Source: Candidatus Latescibacterota bacterium (GTDB taxonomy: Bacteria > Latescibacterota > UBA2968 > UBA8231). From it: 64,000 nt of DNA. Numbering within the stretch: the stretch's first letter is position 1; every line of letters starts with the position of its first letter. Positions 28,576-37,659 of this stretch are shown piece after piece. The position numbers and the translations under genes are program-made. The stretch spans positions 128,001-192,000 of the forward strand of contig CBDCSU010000004.1 in assembly GCA_965221775.1 (NCBI GenBank), in the 5' to 3' direction. Under the pieces are notes generated by a model, which was given only the letters and a program-made list of their open reading frames with translations, was not told the origin of the DNA and made no database searches.

Positions 28576-31074
28576 TCAAGTGGAGCGTGGGTGCAGAATG
28601 GCGCCGCCTTGGCGGGACACGTCGAAGGCAAGCTCCCTGCCGCCGGCGCGCAGCCGGAACCCTTCCTCCTGCTGGACGACCCTCGCCTTCGCCGAGCGGC
28701 TGCAGAAGGCGAGGACGAGGACGTCGTCCTCCGTGCCCGCCACCAGCCGGGTCGACGCCTCGGCGGCGTCCGGGAGAAAGCTCACGAGGCTGCCGGCGGC
28801 CAGTCCCGAGGGCGCGAAGGGGACCTCCTCGGTCCGCAGTTGCAGGCCCTCCCCGAAGGCCGCGAACACCTCCACCACGCGGGGCCCGGCTCCGAGACGG
28901 GCGCGACTCCGGCTCACACCGCGCAGTTCCACCGGGTTCAGCTTGTAAGCGAGCTCGCCGCCGCCCGTCTCGGGTCCCGCGCCGTGGGCCGGGTCCACCG
29001 TGAGCCGCCGGCGCCCCGGGCAGCTCAGGTCGACGAGGGCCAGATCGCAGGCCCCCGAGACGCCTGGCGTCTGCAGGGCGCCGCCGAAGGCCAGGGATGT
29101 GTGGGGGTGCACGTAGAAGGTGCGCGGCTCCTGCCGCGAGGCGAGTCCCTGGGAGTCGCGGCCCATCTCGCCGAAGGTGGCCGGCTCGTCCTGCCGCCTC
29201 GACCTGCCGTCCAGGGAGGCCTCCATCCACGGCCGTCCGGCGCGCCGGTTGAAGCCGCCCCAGCCGATCTCGGCCTCGTGCCAGGCTCCGGTCTTCACCC
29301 GCCCCGGTGCGGCGACGGTGACCTCGTGGTTGCGCTGGCTCTGCACGGTGAAGCGCAGCCGGCCGTCCTCTTCGACGACGAGGGCGAAGGTGTTGACCCC
29401 CGTGCCGCGGAGGCCGCCGGCGCCGTGACCGGTGTTGAACAGGACCCGGGACCCGGTGCGTCGCCCCCGCAGCCTCAAGCGCAGTCGCAGGCGTCCCCCG
29501 TGGGGGCGGAACCAGGGGGCGGCCTCGTACTGCAGGGCGTCCCCGCCGCTCAGTCGGAGCAGAGAACAACCGGCCTCCTGGATCCGCCGCAGCCCCCGCG
29601 CTCTGCGCCTCAGGGCCAGCAGCAGGACCGGATGCTCCCCGGGCCGCAGCCAGTACTCCTGCTCGGTGCGCCGGCCGGAGACCCGCAGCCGCTGCCAGTC
29701 CCCCTTCCGCTCCGGCGCACCGGGCACCGCGACGACCTCGTTCTGGCCGCCCACGCAGGGCAGGCTGCCGCAGCTCACGGGCTGGGCCTCGGCGGCGCTG
29801 ATCGTGCGCAGCAGGGGATGCCCCGCCCACTGCAGGTGGAGGTTCATGAAGCCATGGGCGACGCCGCCGTCGTAGCCGCTGACGCAGAGGATCGCCGCCC
29901 CGGGTCCGTGGCCGCTGCGCATCACCGCCGAGCGGCCGGTCCGGGCGGAGAACCGCCGCGCCAGCGGAGCAGGCCGGCGGGACCCGGCGGCGCCGAAGGC
30001 GGGGTCGTGGAAGCAGTAGGCGTAGGGTCCGTAGGAGATCATGCACTCCGCCGTGGAGCCCTTGACGCCGGCGCCGAAGCGGTAGAGCCGCCCCAGGCGC
30101 GGGTCGGCGAGGGCGGCGTCTCGCATCTCTCCGTCTCCCGCCTCCTGGGCGAGCCACAGCAGGGCGGGGGAGCAGGCGTCGAGCTGGGTGCCGAGGACGG
30201 TGGCGTTGGCCGGATAGTAGAGCCGGTCGGGGATCCGCCGGGGCGCCGCCCGGTGGGCGCGGAACCAGGTCAGGGGCCGCCGGAACCGCGCCGGCGCCTC
30301 GCGGACGAGGTCGATGCCGGTGACGTTGCGCAGGGCCTCGGCGAACTGCAGCAGCCACAGGTTCTCCCAGGGCCAGAAGGAGGGGCCGTCCACCGGCTCG
30401 CCGGCGGGTCCGCATCCGTGGGGCAGGATGGCCGCGCGGAAGCGGTCGATCACCGCCTGCACCCACTCCTCGGCGTCGGGGTGGTCGCCCAGCAGGTGCA
30501 GGGCGGCGACGCCGAAGTGGCCGTTGTCGACGACGGCGTGATGCCCGCCCTCCGGCGAGCGGCGCTGCCCGTCGACGTCCGGCCACCAGCGCTCCAGAAG
30601 GCGCACCAGGCAGACGCGGGCCGACTCCTTCTCGGCGGCCGGCAACTCGCCGTCGAGCAGGTCGAGGGCCACGGCGAAGGCCTGCATGTAGCGGTTGGCC
30701 GTGTAGAAGTGCTCCTCTACCGTGTCGTCGTGGTCCCAGGCCGCTGCCGCCCGCAGCCAGGCGCGGGCCCGGCCGAGCCAGCGGCGGTCGCCCGTCAGCC
30801 GCCAGGCGAAGGCGTAGTTCTCGATCAGCGCCGTGGCCTGCATGCCGGTGTAGAAGGTCAGGTAGAGCTGGTGGTACGGGTGGGGGCTGTCGGGCCGCCG
30901 GGGGATGCTGCGCCACGGCCGCCGGTTCGCGTACAGCTCGCAGTCGGCCAGCAGGTTGGCGAGGATGCGCCGGCGCACCGGGTCGGCTGCCGGCTCGAAG
31001 CGGAAGTCCGGATCGTCGTGCGGCCGCAGCAGCCGCGGGCGCTGGCGGCGGATCACCGGCAGGGCGGCGGGCAT
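28576..31074 (-). CDS. Heparinase II/III / DUF4962-like protein (alpha-toroid plus beta domain with LamG-like insert)
   Basis: AFAWRLTGD..W...A, G...DGPSFW.W, AVMRSG...GH.H-like region, and RLRF...WH..E..W jelly-roll-like segment. Confidence 0.55.
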   Translation of the reverse strand: MPAALPVIRRQRPRLLRPHDDPDFRFEPAADPVRRRILANLLADCELYANRRPWRSIPRRPDSPHPYHQLYLTFYTGMQATALIENYAFAWRLTGDRRWLGRARAWLRAAAAWDHDDTVEEHFYTANRYMQAFAVALDLLDGELPAAEKESARVCLVRLLERWWPDVDGQRRSPEGGHHAVVDNGHFGVAALHLLGDHPDAEEWVQAVIDRFRAAILPHGCGPAGEPVDGPSFWPWENLWLLQFAEALRNVTGIDLVREAPARFRRPLTWFRAHRAAPRRIPDRLYYPANATVLGTQLDACSPALLWLAQEAGDGEMRDAALADPRLGRLYRFGAGVKGSTAECMISYGPYAYCFHDPAFGAAGSRRPAPLARRFSARTGRSAVMRSGHGPGAAILCVSGYDGGVAHGFMNLHLQWAGHPLLRTISAAEAQPVSCGSLPCVGGQNEVVAVPGAPERKGDWQRLRVSGRRTEQEYWLRPGEHPVLLLALRRRARGLRRIQEAGCSLLRLSGGDALQYEAAPWFRPHGGRLRLRLRLRGRRTGSRVLFNTGHGAGGLRGTGVNTFALVVEEDGRLRFTVQSQRNHEVTVAAPGRVKTGAWHEAEIGWGGFNRRAGRPWMEASLDGRSRRQDEPATFGEMGRDSQGLASRQEPRTFYVHPHTSLAFGGALQTPGVSGACDLALVDLSCPGRRRLTVDPAHGAGPETGGGELAYKLNPVELRGVSRSRARLGAGPRVVEVFAAFGEGLQLRTEEVPFAPSGLAAGSLVSFLPDAAEASTRLVAGTEDDVLVLAFCSRSAKARVVQQEEGFRLRAGGRELAFDVSRQGGAILHPRST

Positions 31075-32168
31075 CAGAAGTGGTCGGGCTCCCAGTAGAG
31101 GACCTCGCGCCGGGGGAACCACTCCTCGAGGTCGTCGATCGCACCGGCGCCGAGAGGGATCCCGCGGCCGCGGAGGACCGGCTCCAGGTCGCGGCCGGAG
31201 GACTCGCCGAAGAGCAGCCGGCAGGTGAGGTCGTGGGGCAGCCGGCGCACCCACTCCTCGGCTTCGGGCGCGGCCCGGGCGATCAGCTCGTCCAGCTGCA
31301 GGGGCAGGACCATCATCGAGGCCTCCCCCGTCAGGTGCAGGTCCGCTCCCGAGGCGCCGACCACGGCGTCGACGAAGGGATGGCCGTGGGGGATCCCGCC
31401 CTCCACCCGCTTTAGCCCGGCCGCCGCGCACTTCTTGAGCAGGTAGCCCACGAGGGCCTCCAGGGCGGCAGCGCTCTCCCAGGCGACTTCGTTCACCCAG
31501 GCGCCGCCGCCGTCGGCCCTCTCCCAGTTGATGTACCCGCCGAGGGCGGCGCCGTCACGGACGACGGCCGTGGGCAGCACGCCCCGCAGGCGCGAGGGTG
31601 CGTAGTCCCAGTAAGGGCGGGGGCGCAGCAGGGTGCCGCTGCGGCCGGCGTTGTGGCGCTGGTAGAGGGCCGCCGTGTCGTCGAGGTCGCGGCTCTCGTC
31701 GAAGGGGTGCACATCGAGGCCGGACCGTCCCGGCCGGGGATCCGCCTGCCACTCGGCGCGGAATCCCATGAGGGGCACGCAGCTCCACCCCATTCGCAGG
31801 TAGAACCGCGCCGGGATCGCCGAGAACAGCAAGCCCAGGTCGCAGCCGTCGTCGCGCAGTTGCCCCGCCGTGTGCCGCATGAGCCGGGTCGCCAGGCCGC
31901 GCCCCCGGTGATCGGGATGGGTGGTGACACCGCCGATGCCGCCCATGCGCACGGGCGTGGCGCCGAGGTGGATCCACCGGTCCCAGATGCGCAGGGTCGA
32001 CACCAGGCGGCCGTCCGCCTCGATGACCGGGGTGTGGGACGGGCGCCAGGTGGGGTCGCCCTCGATGTAGCCCCGGTAGCGCTCGTGGCCCCGGGGGTTG
32101 TGGGAGGTGCAGAGCAAGTCGATCAGCTCGTCGAGCTCCGACTCGCGCAGGGGACGGATCGATTCCAT
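31074..32168 (-). CDS. GNAT acetyltransferase (Eis-like)
   Basis: MGGIGGVTTHPDHRGRGLA..LM and FYLRMGW motifs. Confidence 0.88.
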   Translation of the reverse strand: MESIRPLRESELDELIDLLCTSHNPRGHERYRGYIEGDPTWRPSHTPVIEADGRLVSTLRIWDRWIHLGATPVRMGGIGGVTTHPDHRGRGLATRLMRHTAGQLRDDGCDLGLLFSAIPARFYLRMGWSCVPLMGFRAEWQADPRPGRSGLDVHPFDESRDLDDTAALYQRHNAGRSGTLLRPRPYWDYAPSRLRGVLPTAVVRDGAALGGYINWERADGGGAWVNEVAWESAAALEALVGYLLKKCAAAGLKRVEGGIPHGHPFVDAVVGASGADLHLTGEASMMVLPLQLDELIARAAPEAEEWVRRLPHDLTCRLLFGESSGRDLEPVLRGRGIPLGAGAIDDLEEWFPRREVLYWEPDHF

Positions 32169-32302
32169 GGGGATCAGGAAGTCCTGGCGGGCGGGGATGC
32201 CGGGGGGAGTCCAGGCTGGTTGCCCGGGGGCGGGGGATGTATCAAGCTCATGGGGGGAGACAAGATAGAGGCCCATGGGGGAAGGCGCCGGAGGGTGAGT
32301 CG

Positions 32303-33058
32303 ATGAGTCTGAAGGAGGCGACGGCCCTGGTGACGGGGGGCGGCCGAGGCATCGGCCGGGCGGTGGCGGAGGCGTTGGCGAAGGCCGGCGCCGCGGTGGT
32401 GGTGAACTACCTGGCCGACGAGGCCGCGGCGCAGCGGACCGTCGACGGCATCCGGGGCTCCGGGGGACGGGCCTGGGCGGTGCCGGCCGATGTGGCCGAC
32501 CCGGCCCAGGTGGAAGGCCTGTTCGCCGAGACCCGGCGTCTCCTCGGCGGCCGGCTGGACATCCTCGTGAACAACGCCGGCGGCCCGGGGGTGCGCCGGC
32601 CGGTGGCGGAGCTGAGCCTGGAGGAGTGGCGGCGCTGCCTGGAGGTGAACCTCGACGGCGTCTTCCTGTGCACCCGGGCGGCCCTGCCGCTGCTGCCCGA
32701 CGGCCGCGGCCGCATCGTCAACGTGACCTCCATCTCGGCGCGCTCGGGCGGCGGCCCCGGGGGCTCTGCCTATGCCGCCGCCAAGGCCGGGGTCAGCAAC
32801 TTCACGCGGGCCTGCGCCAAGGAGCTGGCGCCGCGGCGGATCACCGTGAACGGCGTCGCCCCCGGGGTGATCGACACCGACCTGCACCGGCGGGGCACGC
32901 CCCCGGAGGAGCTGGCGGCGGTGACCGCCCAGGTCCCCCTCGGGCGCATCGGCGGCGCCGGGGAAGCGGCGGCGGCGGTGGTCTTCCTCTGCGGCGGGGA
33001 GGCCGGCTACATCACCGGCGAGATCCTCGAGGTCAACGGCGGCCTGCGCATGGACTGA
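32303..33058 (+). CDS. Short-chain dehydrogenase/reductase (FabG-like)
   Basis: TGGGRGIG, NNAG and YAAAK motifs. Confidence 0.92.
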   Translation: MSLKEATALVTGGGRGIGRAVAEALAKAGAAVVVNYLADEAAAQRTVDGIRGSGGRAWAVPADVADPAQVEGLFAETRRLLGGRLDILVNNAGGPGVRRPVAELSLEEWRRCLEVNLDGVFLCTRAALPLLPDGRGRIVNVTSISARSGGGPGGSAYAAAKAGVSNFTRACAKELAPRRITVNGVAPGVIDTDLHRRGTPPEELAAVTAQVPLGRIGGAGEAAAAVVFLCGGEAGYITGEILEVNGGLRMD

Positions 33059-33059
33059 G

Positions 33060-35006
33060 ATGCTCCCCGGATCTCGCAAGACCTCGGGAGTGACGCTGCG
33101 CGCGGTCCTCACCGGCGCGGTGCTGATGGCGGCGATCTGCGCGCTCGGCCCCTGGGCGATCCTGATGGTCAAGGGATCGCAGCTCACCAATACCGCCATC
33201 CCCATCATCGCCGTCCTCTTCCTCTTCGGCATGACCGCCGTGGCCGTGCCCGTTCTCGGGGCGCTCCACCGCCGGCTGGCCTTCTCCCGCTCCGAGGTGA
33301 TCACCGTCTACGGGATGATGCTGGTGGGCGCCACCATCGTCACCGGTTTCACCGGCCACTTCCTGTCGGTCATCACCGGGGCGATGTACTACGCCAGCCC
33401 CGAGAACGACTGGAAGGCGATGTTCGTGGAGCACCAGCATCCCTGGGTGTCGCCCACCGACCCCGGGGCCGTGCGCTCCCTCTACGAGGGGCTTGCCGGG
33501 GGCATGGCCGTTCCCTGGTCGGCCTGGGCCCTCACCCTGGCCCTGTGGATGCCCTTCATGGCCGTCCTCTACTGGTGCGTGTTCTGCCTGGCGGTGCTGC
33601 TGCGCGGCCAGTGGATCGAGAACGAGCGGCTCCTCTTTCCGCTCACGAGCCTGCCCCTGGCCATGACCCGGGACCCGGGGAAGTCAGGTGGCCTCTTCAG
33701 CCCTCTCCTTAGAAGCCGGCTCATGTGGCTCGGGTTCGCCCTGCCCTTGCTGCTGCACTCCTGGAACTCCCTCTCCGCCTACCACGACGGCATTCAGGCC
33801 CTGGCCCTGACCGGTTCCTTCAGCCTGCTCCAGGGGGAGGTGGGGGTGCCCTTCCGCCTCAACTTCCCGATCATCGGCGTGGGCTACCTGATGTCGCTGG
33901 GGGTCTCCTTCAGCATCTGGTTCTTCTTCGTCCTGGGCGTGGTGCAGGCCTGGGTCTTCGCGCGCATCGGCCTGGAGATCGGCGGCGGCGACGTGTGGAA
34001 CTCCGGTGGCGCTCCCGCGGCGATCATGCACCAGCAGGCCGGGGCCCTCGTGGTCCTGGTGGGGTTCGTGCTGTGGACGGCGCGGCGGCACCTGGGCGGC
34101 CTGGTGCGCCAGGCCCTGGACAACAAGGGGGGCGGTGAGGAGGTCGTGGCGCCGCGCACCGCGGTCCTCGGCCTGCCGGCGGGCGTGGCCCTCCTGGTGG
34201 CGTGGCTCACCCTGACTGGTCTCAGCCTGTACGTGGCCGTGCTGCTGGTGCTGGGGGCCCTGATCGTCTACATCGGCGTAGCCCGCGTCATCTGCGAGGC
34301 CGGCCTGCCCGGGGTCCAGACGCCGATGGTGCCCCAGGCCTTCATCACCCGCGGTTTCGGACCGTCCGTGCTGGGCCTGCGGAACATGACCGGACTGGGG
34401 CTGAGCACGGTGTGGGTGGGGGCCGGGGGGCTCACCACCATGACGAGCGCCATGCTCCACACCTTCAAGCTGAAGGCCACCGCCGGAGAGCGGCCCGACC
34501 GCCGTCTGCCCTGGATCTTCCTGGCGGCCATCATCGTCGGGATGGCCGGCTCGATCTGGGTCACCATGCGCATTTGCTACGCCCACGGCGGCATCAACAT
34601 GCACGGGTGGTTCTTCGAGGGAGCTCCCAAGTGGCCCCTGACCTACATGGCCTCGGTCTACAACGATCCGGAATCGTCCTTCGCCCCGAGGATGCTGTTC
34701 ACCGGCCTGGGGGGCGGCTTCATGGCCCTGCTGTTCTTCCTGCGCCAGCGCCTGCCCTGGTGGCCCCTTCACCCTATCGGCTTTCCCATCGCCACCACCT
34801 ACCCCATCGTCTCCTACGATTGGTTCGCCCTGTTCATGGCCTGGATCATCAAGGCACTGGTCCTGCGCCACGGCGGGGTGCGGGCCTACCGCTCCCTCGT
34901 GCCCTTCTTCCTGGGCCTGATCCTGGGCGAGTTCTCCACCGCATGCATGTGGGTCTTCATCGACGGGGCCCACGGTGTGGAGGGGAACATGATCTTCAAT
35001 TTCTGA
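33060..35006 (+). CDS. Polytopic membrane protein, DUF6785/DUF6784-like (putative transporter)
   Basis: Many hydrophobic segments. ASPENDW, QWIENERLLFPL..LP, EAGLP, WWPLHPIG, PFFLGLILG. Confidence 0.8.
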   Translation: MLPGSRKTSGVTLRAVLTGAVLMAAICALGPWAILMVKGSQLTNTAIPIIAVLFLFGMTAVAVPVLGALHRRLAFSRSEVITVYGMMLVGATIVTGFTGHFLSVITGAMYYASPENDWKAMFVEHQHPWVSPTDPGAVRSLYEGLAGGMAVPWSAWALTLALWMPFMAVLYWCVFCLAVLLRGQWIENERLLFPLTSLPLAMTRDPGKSGGLFSPLLRSRLMWLGFALPLLLHSWNSLSAYHDGIQALALTGSFSLLQGEVGVPFRLNFPIIGVGYLMSLGVSFSIWFFFVLGVVQAWVFARIGLEIGGGDVWNSGGAPAAIMHQQAGALVVLVGFVLWTARRHLGGLVRQALDNKGGGEEVVAPRTAVLGLPAGVALLVAWLTLTGLSLYVAVLLVLGALIVYIGVARVICEAGLPGVQTPMVPQAFITRGFGPSVLGLRNMTGLGLSTVWVGAGGLTTMTSAMLHTFKLKATAGERPDRRLPWIFLAAIIVGMAGSIWVTMRICYAHGGINMHGWFFEGAPKWPLTYMASVYNDPESSFAPRMLFTGLGGGFMALLFFLRQRLPWWPLHPIGFPIATTYPIVSYDWFALFMAWIIKALVLRHGGVRAYRSLVPFFLGLILGEFSTACMWVFIDGAHGVEGNMIFNF

Positions 35007-35013
35007 GCTGTTC

Positions 35014-36387
35014 ATGCCGAGTGAATGGATCGCGTGGCTGCTGGCCGCCGCGGCCGCGGTCACGGCCTGGCTGGTTGGAAGGACCGCCGCCCGGGGCGTG
35101 GCCCGCCCCATGGGCTGGGGTTCCTTCGGGCTGTTCACCGTGGGGGCCGGCCTCTGGCTGTTCGGCGATACCTGCGCCTACTACCACGCCGGGAAGGAGC
35201 CGGCCCTGCGGTTCTCCTACTGGGGCTCCTACCGCGAGCACCAGATGTGGGGGGAGATCGTCGAGGCCTTCCGGCGGCTCCACCCGGAGATCGACGTCCG
35301 GCGGGAGTACATCACCGGCCGCTACACCGACAAGATCCAGAAGCTGCTGCTGGCCGGCGAGGCGCCGGACGTCATGATGTTCGCCGACGAGCACTTCCCG
35401 CGCTTCGCCCCCAGCGGCAAGCTGGAGGCCCTCGACGGGTACTGCCGGTCAGCGGACCGTCCGCTGGACCTGGAGAGGGACTTCTTCGAGACCTCGGCGG
35501 CCCACTTCCAGGCCGACGGCCGGGCCTACGGGATCCCCGTCTTCGGCGGCAACTGTCTGATCCTCTACAACCGCGACGCCTTCCGCGAGGCCGGGCTGCC
35601 GGAGCCGCCCGACCGCTGGACCCTGGACGAGTTCCTCGCCGCCTGCCGGCGCCTCACGGCGGACACCGACAACGACGGCCGCATCGACCGCTACGCCTTC
35701 CTGGTGCCCGGCTGGGTCTACTGGATGCCCTTCCACTTCGCCCACGGCGGCCGCTATCTCGACCCGACCCGGCGCCACTGGCGCCTGTGGGGCCCGGAGG
35801 CCGAGACCTCCTTCGCCTTCTGGCAGGATCTGCGTCACCGCCACCACGTGGCGCCCCACCGCGACGAGCTGGGCGAGACCGGCGGGGTCGCCTTCATGAC
35901 GGGCCGGGTGGCGATGCAGGTGAACGGGCCGTGGGCGATGCCGCCCCTCAACGCCGCCGGGGTGAGCTACGACGTGGCGCACACGCCGGCCGGTCCCGAT
36001 GGGCGGGCGACCCGGGTGACCTGGGACGGGCTGGTCATGTTCAGCGGATCGCGGAAGAAGGACCAGGCCTGGAAGTTCATCCATTTCGCCCTCGGTCTGG
36101 AGGCCCAGGAGACCGTGGCCCGCTACCAGCGCTCGGTTCCCGCCCTCAAGGCGGCGGGGCCGGCCTTCATCGACGCCAACCCGGAGGTCCGCGCCGGGCG
36201 CTTCATCGAGGCCCTGGAGTACTCGCGCTTCCAGCCGATCACGGCGGACTGGGCCCTCATGTCCCGGGAGATGTCCGGCGAGGTCGACCTTATGCTCGAC
36301 GGCCGGCAGACGCCGCGCCAGACTCTGCTGGAGCTGGTGCGCAACGCGCACCTGTCCGAGCGGTTCATCATGCCCGAAATGGAATGA
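35014..36387 (+). CDS. Sugar-type solute-binding protein with an N-terminal two-helix membrane anchor
   Basis: FSYWG, F...HPEIDV, G.APDV, YNRD.F..AGL..P..WT.DEF, F..G..AM..NGPW. Confidence 0.85.
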   Translation: MPSEWIAWLLAAAAAVTAWLVGRTAARGVARPMGWGSFGLFTVGAGLWLFGDTCAYYHAGKEPALRFSYWGSYREHQMWGEIVEAFRRLHPEIDVRREYITGRYTDKIQKLLLAGEAPDVMMFADEHFPRFAPSGKLEALDGYCRSADRPLDLERDFFETSAAHFQADGRAYGIPVFGGNCLILYNRDAFREAGLPEPPDRWTLDEFLAACRRLTADTDNDGRIDRYAFLVPGWVYWMPFHFAHGGRYLDPTRRHWRLWGPEAETSFAFWQDLRHRHHVAPHRDELGETGGVAFMTGRVAMQVNGPWAMPPLNAAGVSYDVAHTPAGPDGRATRVTWDGLVMFSGSRKKDQAWKFIHFALGLEAQETVARYQRSVPALKAAGPAFIDANPEVRAGRFIEALEYSRFQPITADWALMSREMSGEVDLMLDGRQTPRQTLLELVRNAHLSERFIMPEME

Positions 36388-37646
36388 CGACGGAGGAGGG
36401 ACCGATGCCCATGCGCGAACGCCCCGACCTGCTGACCGGGGACAGCCCCGAGGGTCTGCGGGTCTTCCAGCTGACCACACAGGAGTCGCCCTCCTCCCAC
36501 ATCTACATGGAGGCGCAGATCTTCACGCCCGACTCGCGGCGGTTCCTCCTCCATCACCCGGCCCGGGCCCACGGCATCGACTTCATGGACCCGGCCCACC
36601 GCTACCTGGTCTGCGATCTCGATTCCGGCGGCGAGCTGACGCCGGTCATCGAGGAGGTGGGCGCCACGGCGCCGTCGGTGTCGCCGGACGGCCGGTTCCT
36701 CTACTACTTCGTCGACGCCACGAACCCCTGCGAGCCCGGGCGCCTGACCCTCAAGCGGGTCGGCCTGGACGGCGGCGGCCGCGAGGAGGTCGCCGTCCTC
36801 GACGGCGTCCCCGCCGGCTGGCCGGGGCCGTTCTCGCGGCCGTACTCGCTGTCGACGATCTCCTCCGACGGCGCCCGGCTGGCGATCTCCGGCTTCCTCG
36901 GCGACGGCCGTTCGGAGAACGCGCCCTGGGGGCTGGTGGTCTTCGATGTCGCCTCCGGCGGGGCGGAGCTGATCCTGCAGGGGCCGTCGTGGTGCAACGT
37001 CCACGCCCAGTACTGCCGCTCCACCGACCCCGAGGCCGCGCGCGACATCCTGATCCAGGAGAACCACGGCAACCTGTGCGACGCCACGGGCCGCTGCACG
37101 CGGCTGGTGGGCGGCGACGGCGCCGACGTGCACGTCATCCGCGACGACGGCACCGGGTTCCGCGACCTGCCCTGGGGGCGCGACGGCAACGAGTTCTGCC
37201 AGGGCCACCAGTGCTGGGTCGGCCGCAGCCGGCGCGCCGTCACCAGCACCTCCCGGCGCGAGCCCCGCTGCGCCGAGCTGATCGAGGGGAGCGCCGCGCC
37301 CCATGCGGGCCACGTGGGGCTGCGCACCCCGGGAGGGCAGCGCAACGACCTGTCGCGCGGCTTCCCGGCGCCCAGCTTCTGCCACTTCGCCACCGACATC
37401 GCCGGACGGCGGCTGATCTCGGACTCCGGCCCCCGGGAGGGCGGCGGCGGTCTGTGGCTGGGAACTCTGCCCGCCGACGGCCGGTCGCCGGTGGAGGACT
37501 GGACGTGGCTGCTGAACCCGCGCTCGACGTGGCGCAAGGAGAGCCACATCCACCCCTTCCTGTCGCCCGACGGGCGCACGGGGTTCTTCAACTCCGACGA
37601 GAGCGGCGTCCACCAGTGCTACATGGTGAGAGGCTGGGAGGACTAG
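36384..37646 (+). CDS. Beta-propeller, oligogalacturonate lyase/TolB-like
   Basis: HIYME..FTPDS, GHQCW, H.HPF.SPDG...FNSD. ATGA overlap with the upstream gene. Confidence 0.6.
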   Translation: MTTEEGPMPMRERPDLLTGDSPEGLRVFQLTTQESPSSHIYMEAQIFTPDSRRFLLHHPARAHGIDFMDPAHRYLVCDLDSGGELTPVIEEVGATAPSVSPDGRFLYYFVDATNPCEPGRLTLKRVGLDGGGREEVAVLDGVPAGWPGPFSRPYSLSTISSDGARLAISGFLGDGRSENAPWGLVVFDVASGGAELILQGPSWCNVHAQYCRSTDPEAARDILIQENHGNLCDATGRCTRLVGGDGADVHVIRDDGTGFRDLPWGRDGNEFCQGHQCWVGRSRRAVTSTSRREPRCAELIEGSAAPHAGHVGLRTPGGQRNDLSRGFPAPSFCHFATDIAGRRLISDSGPREGGGGLWLGTLPADGRSPVEDWTWLLNPRSTWRKESHIHPFLSPDGRTGFFNSDESGVHQCYMVRGWED

Positions 37647-37659
37647 CCCCGGGCCGGGC

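Noticed and set aside
27584-31144. Apparent giant ORFs or fusions in the track (1186 aa here; also 45037-48624, 35025-37646, 41842-44418, 48804-49700)
   Set aside because: The N-terminal extensions are Arg/Pro/Gly-rich off-frame readings of the upstream gene. The true starts are internal.
32170-32300. G-run-rich divergent intergenic region with CATGGGGG twice
   Set aside because: Could be an operator or G-quadruplex, but an 8-bp repeat in GC-rich DNA is too weak.
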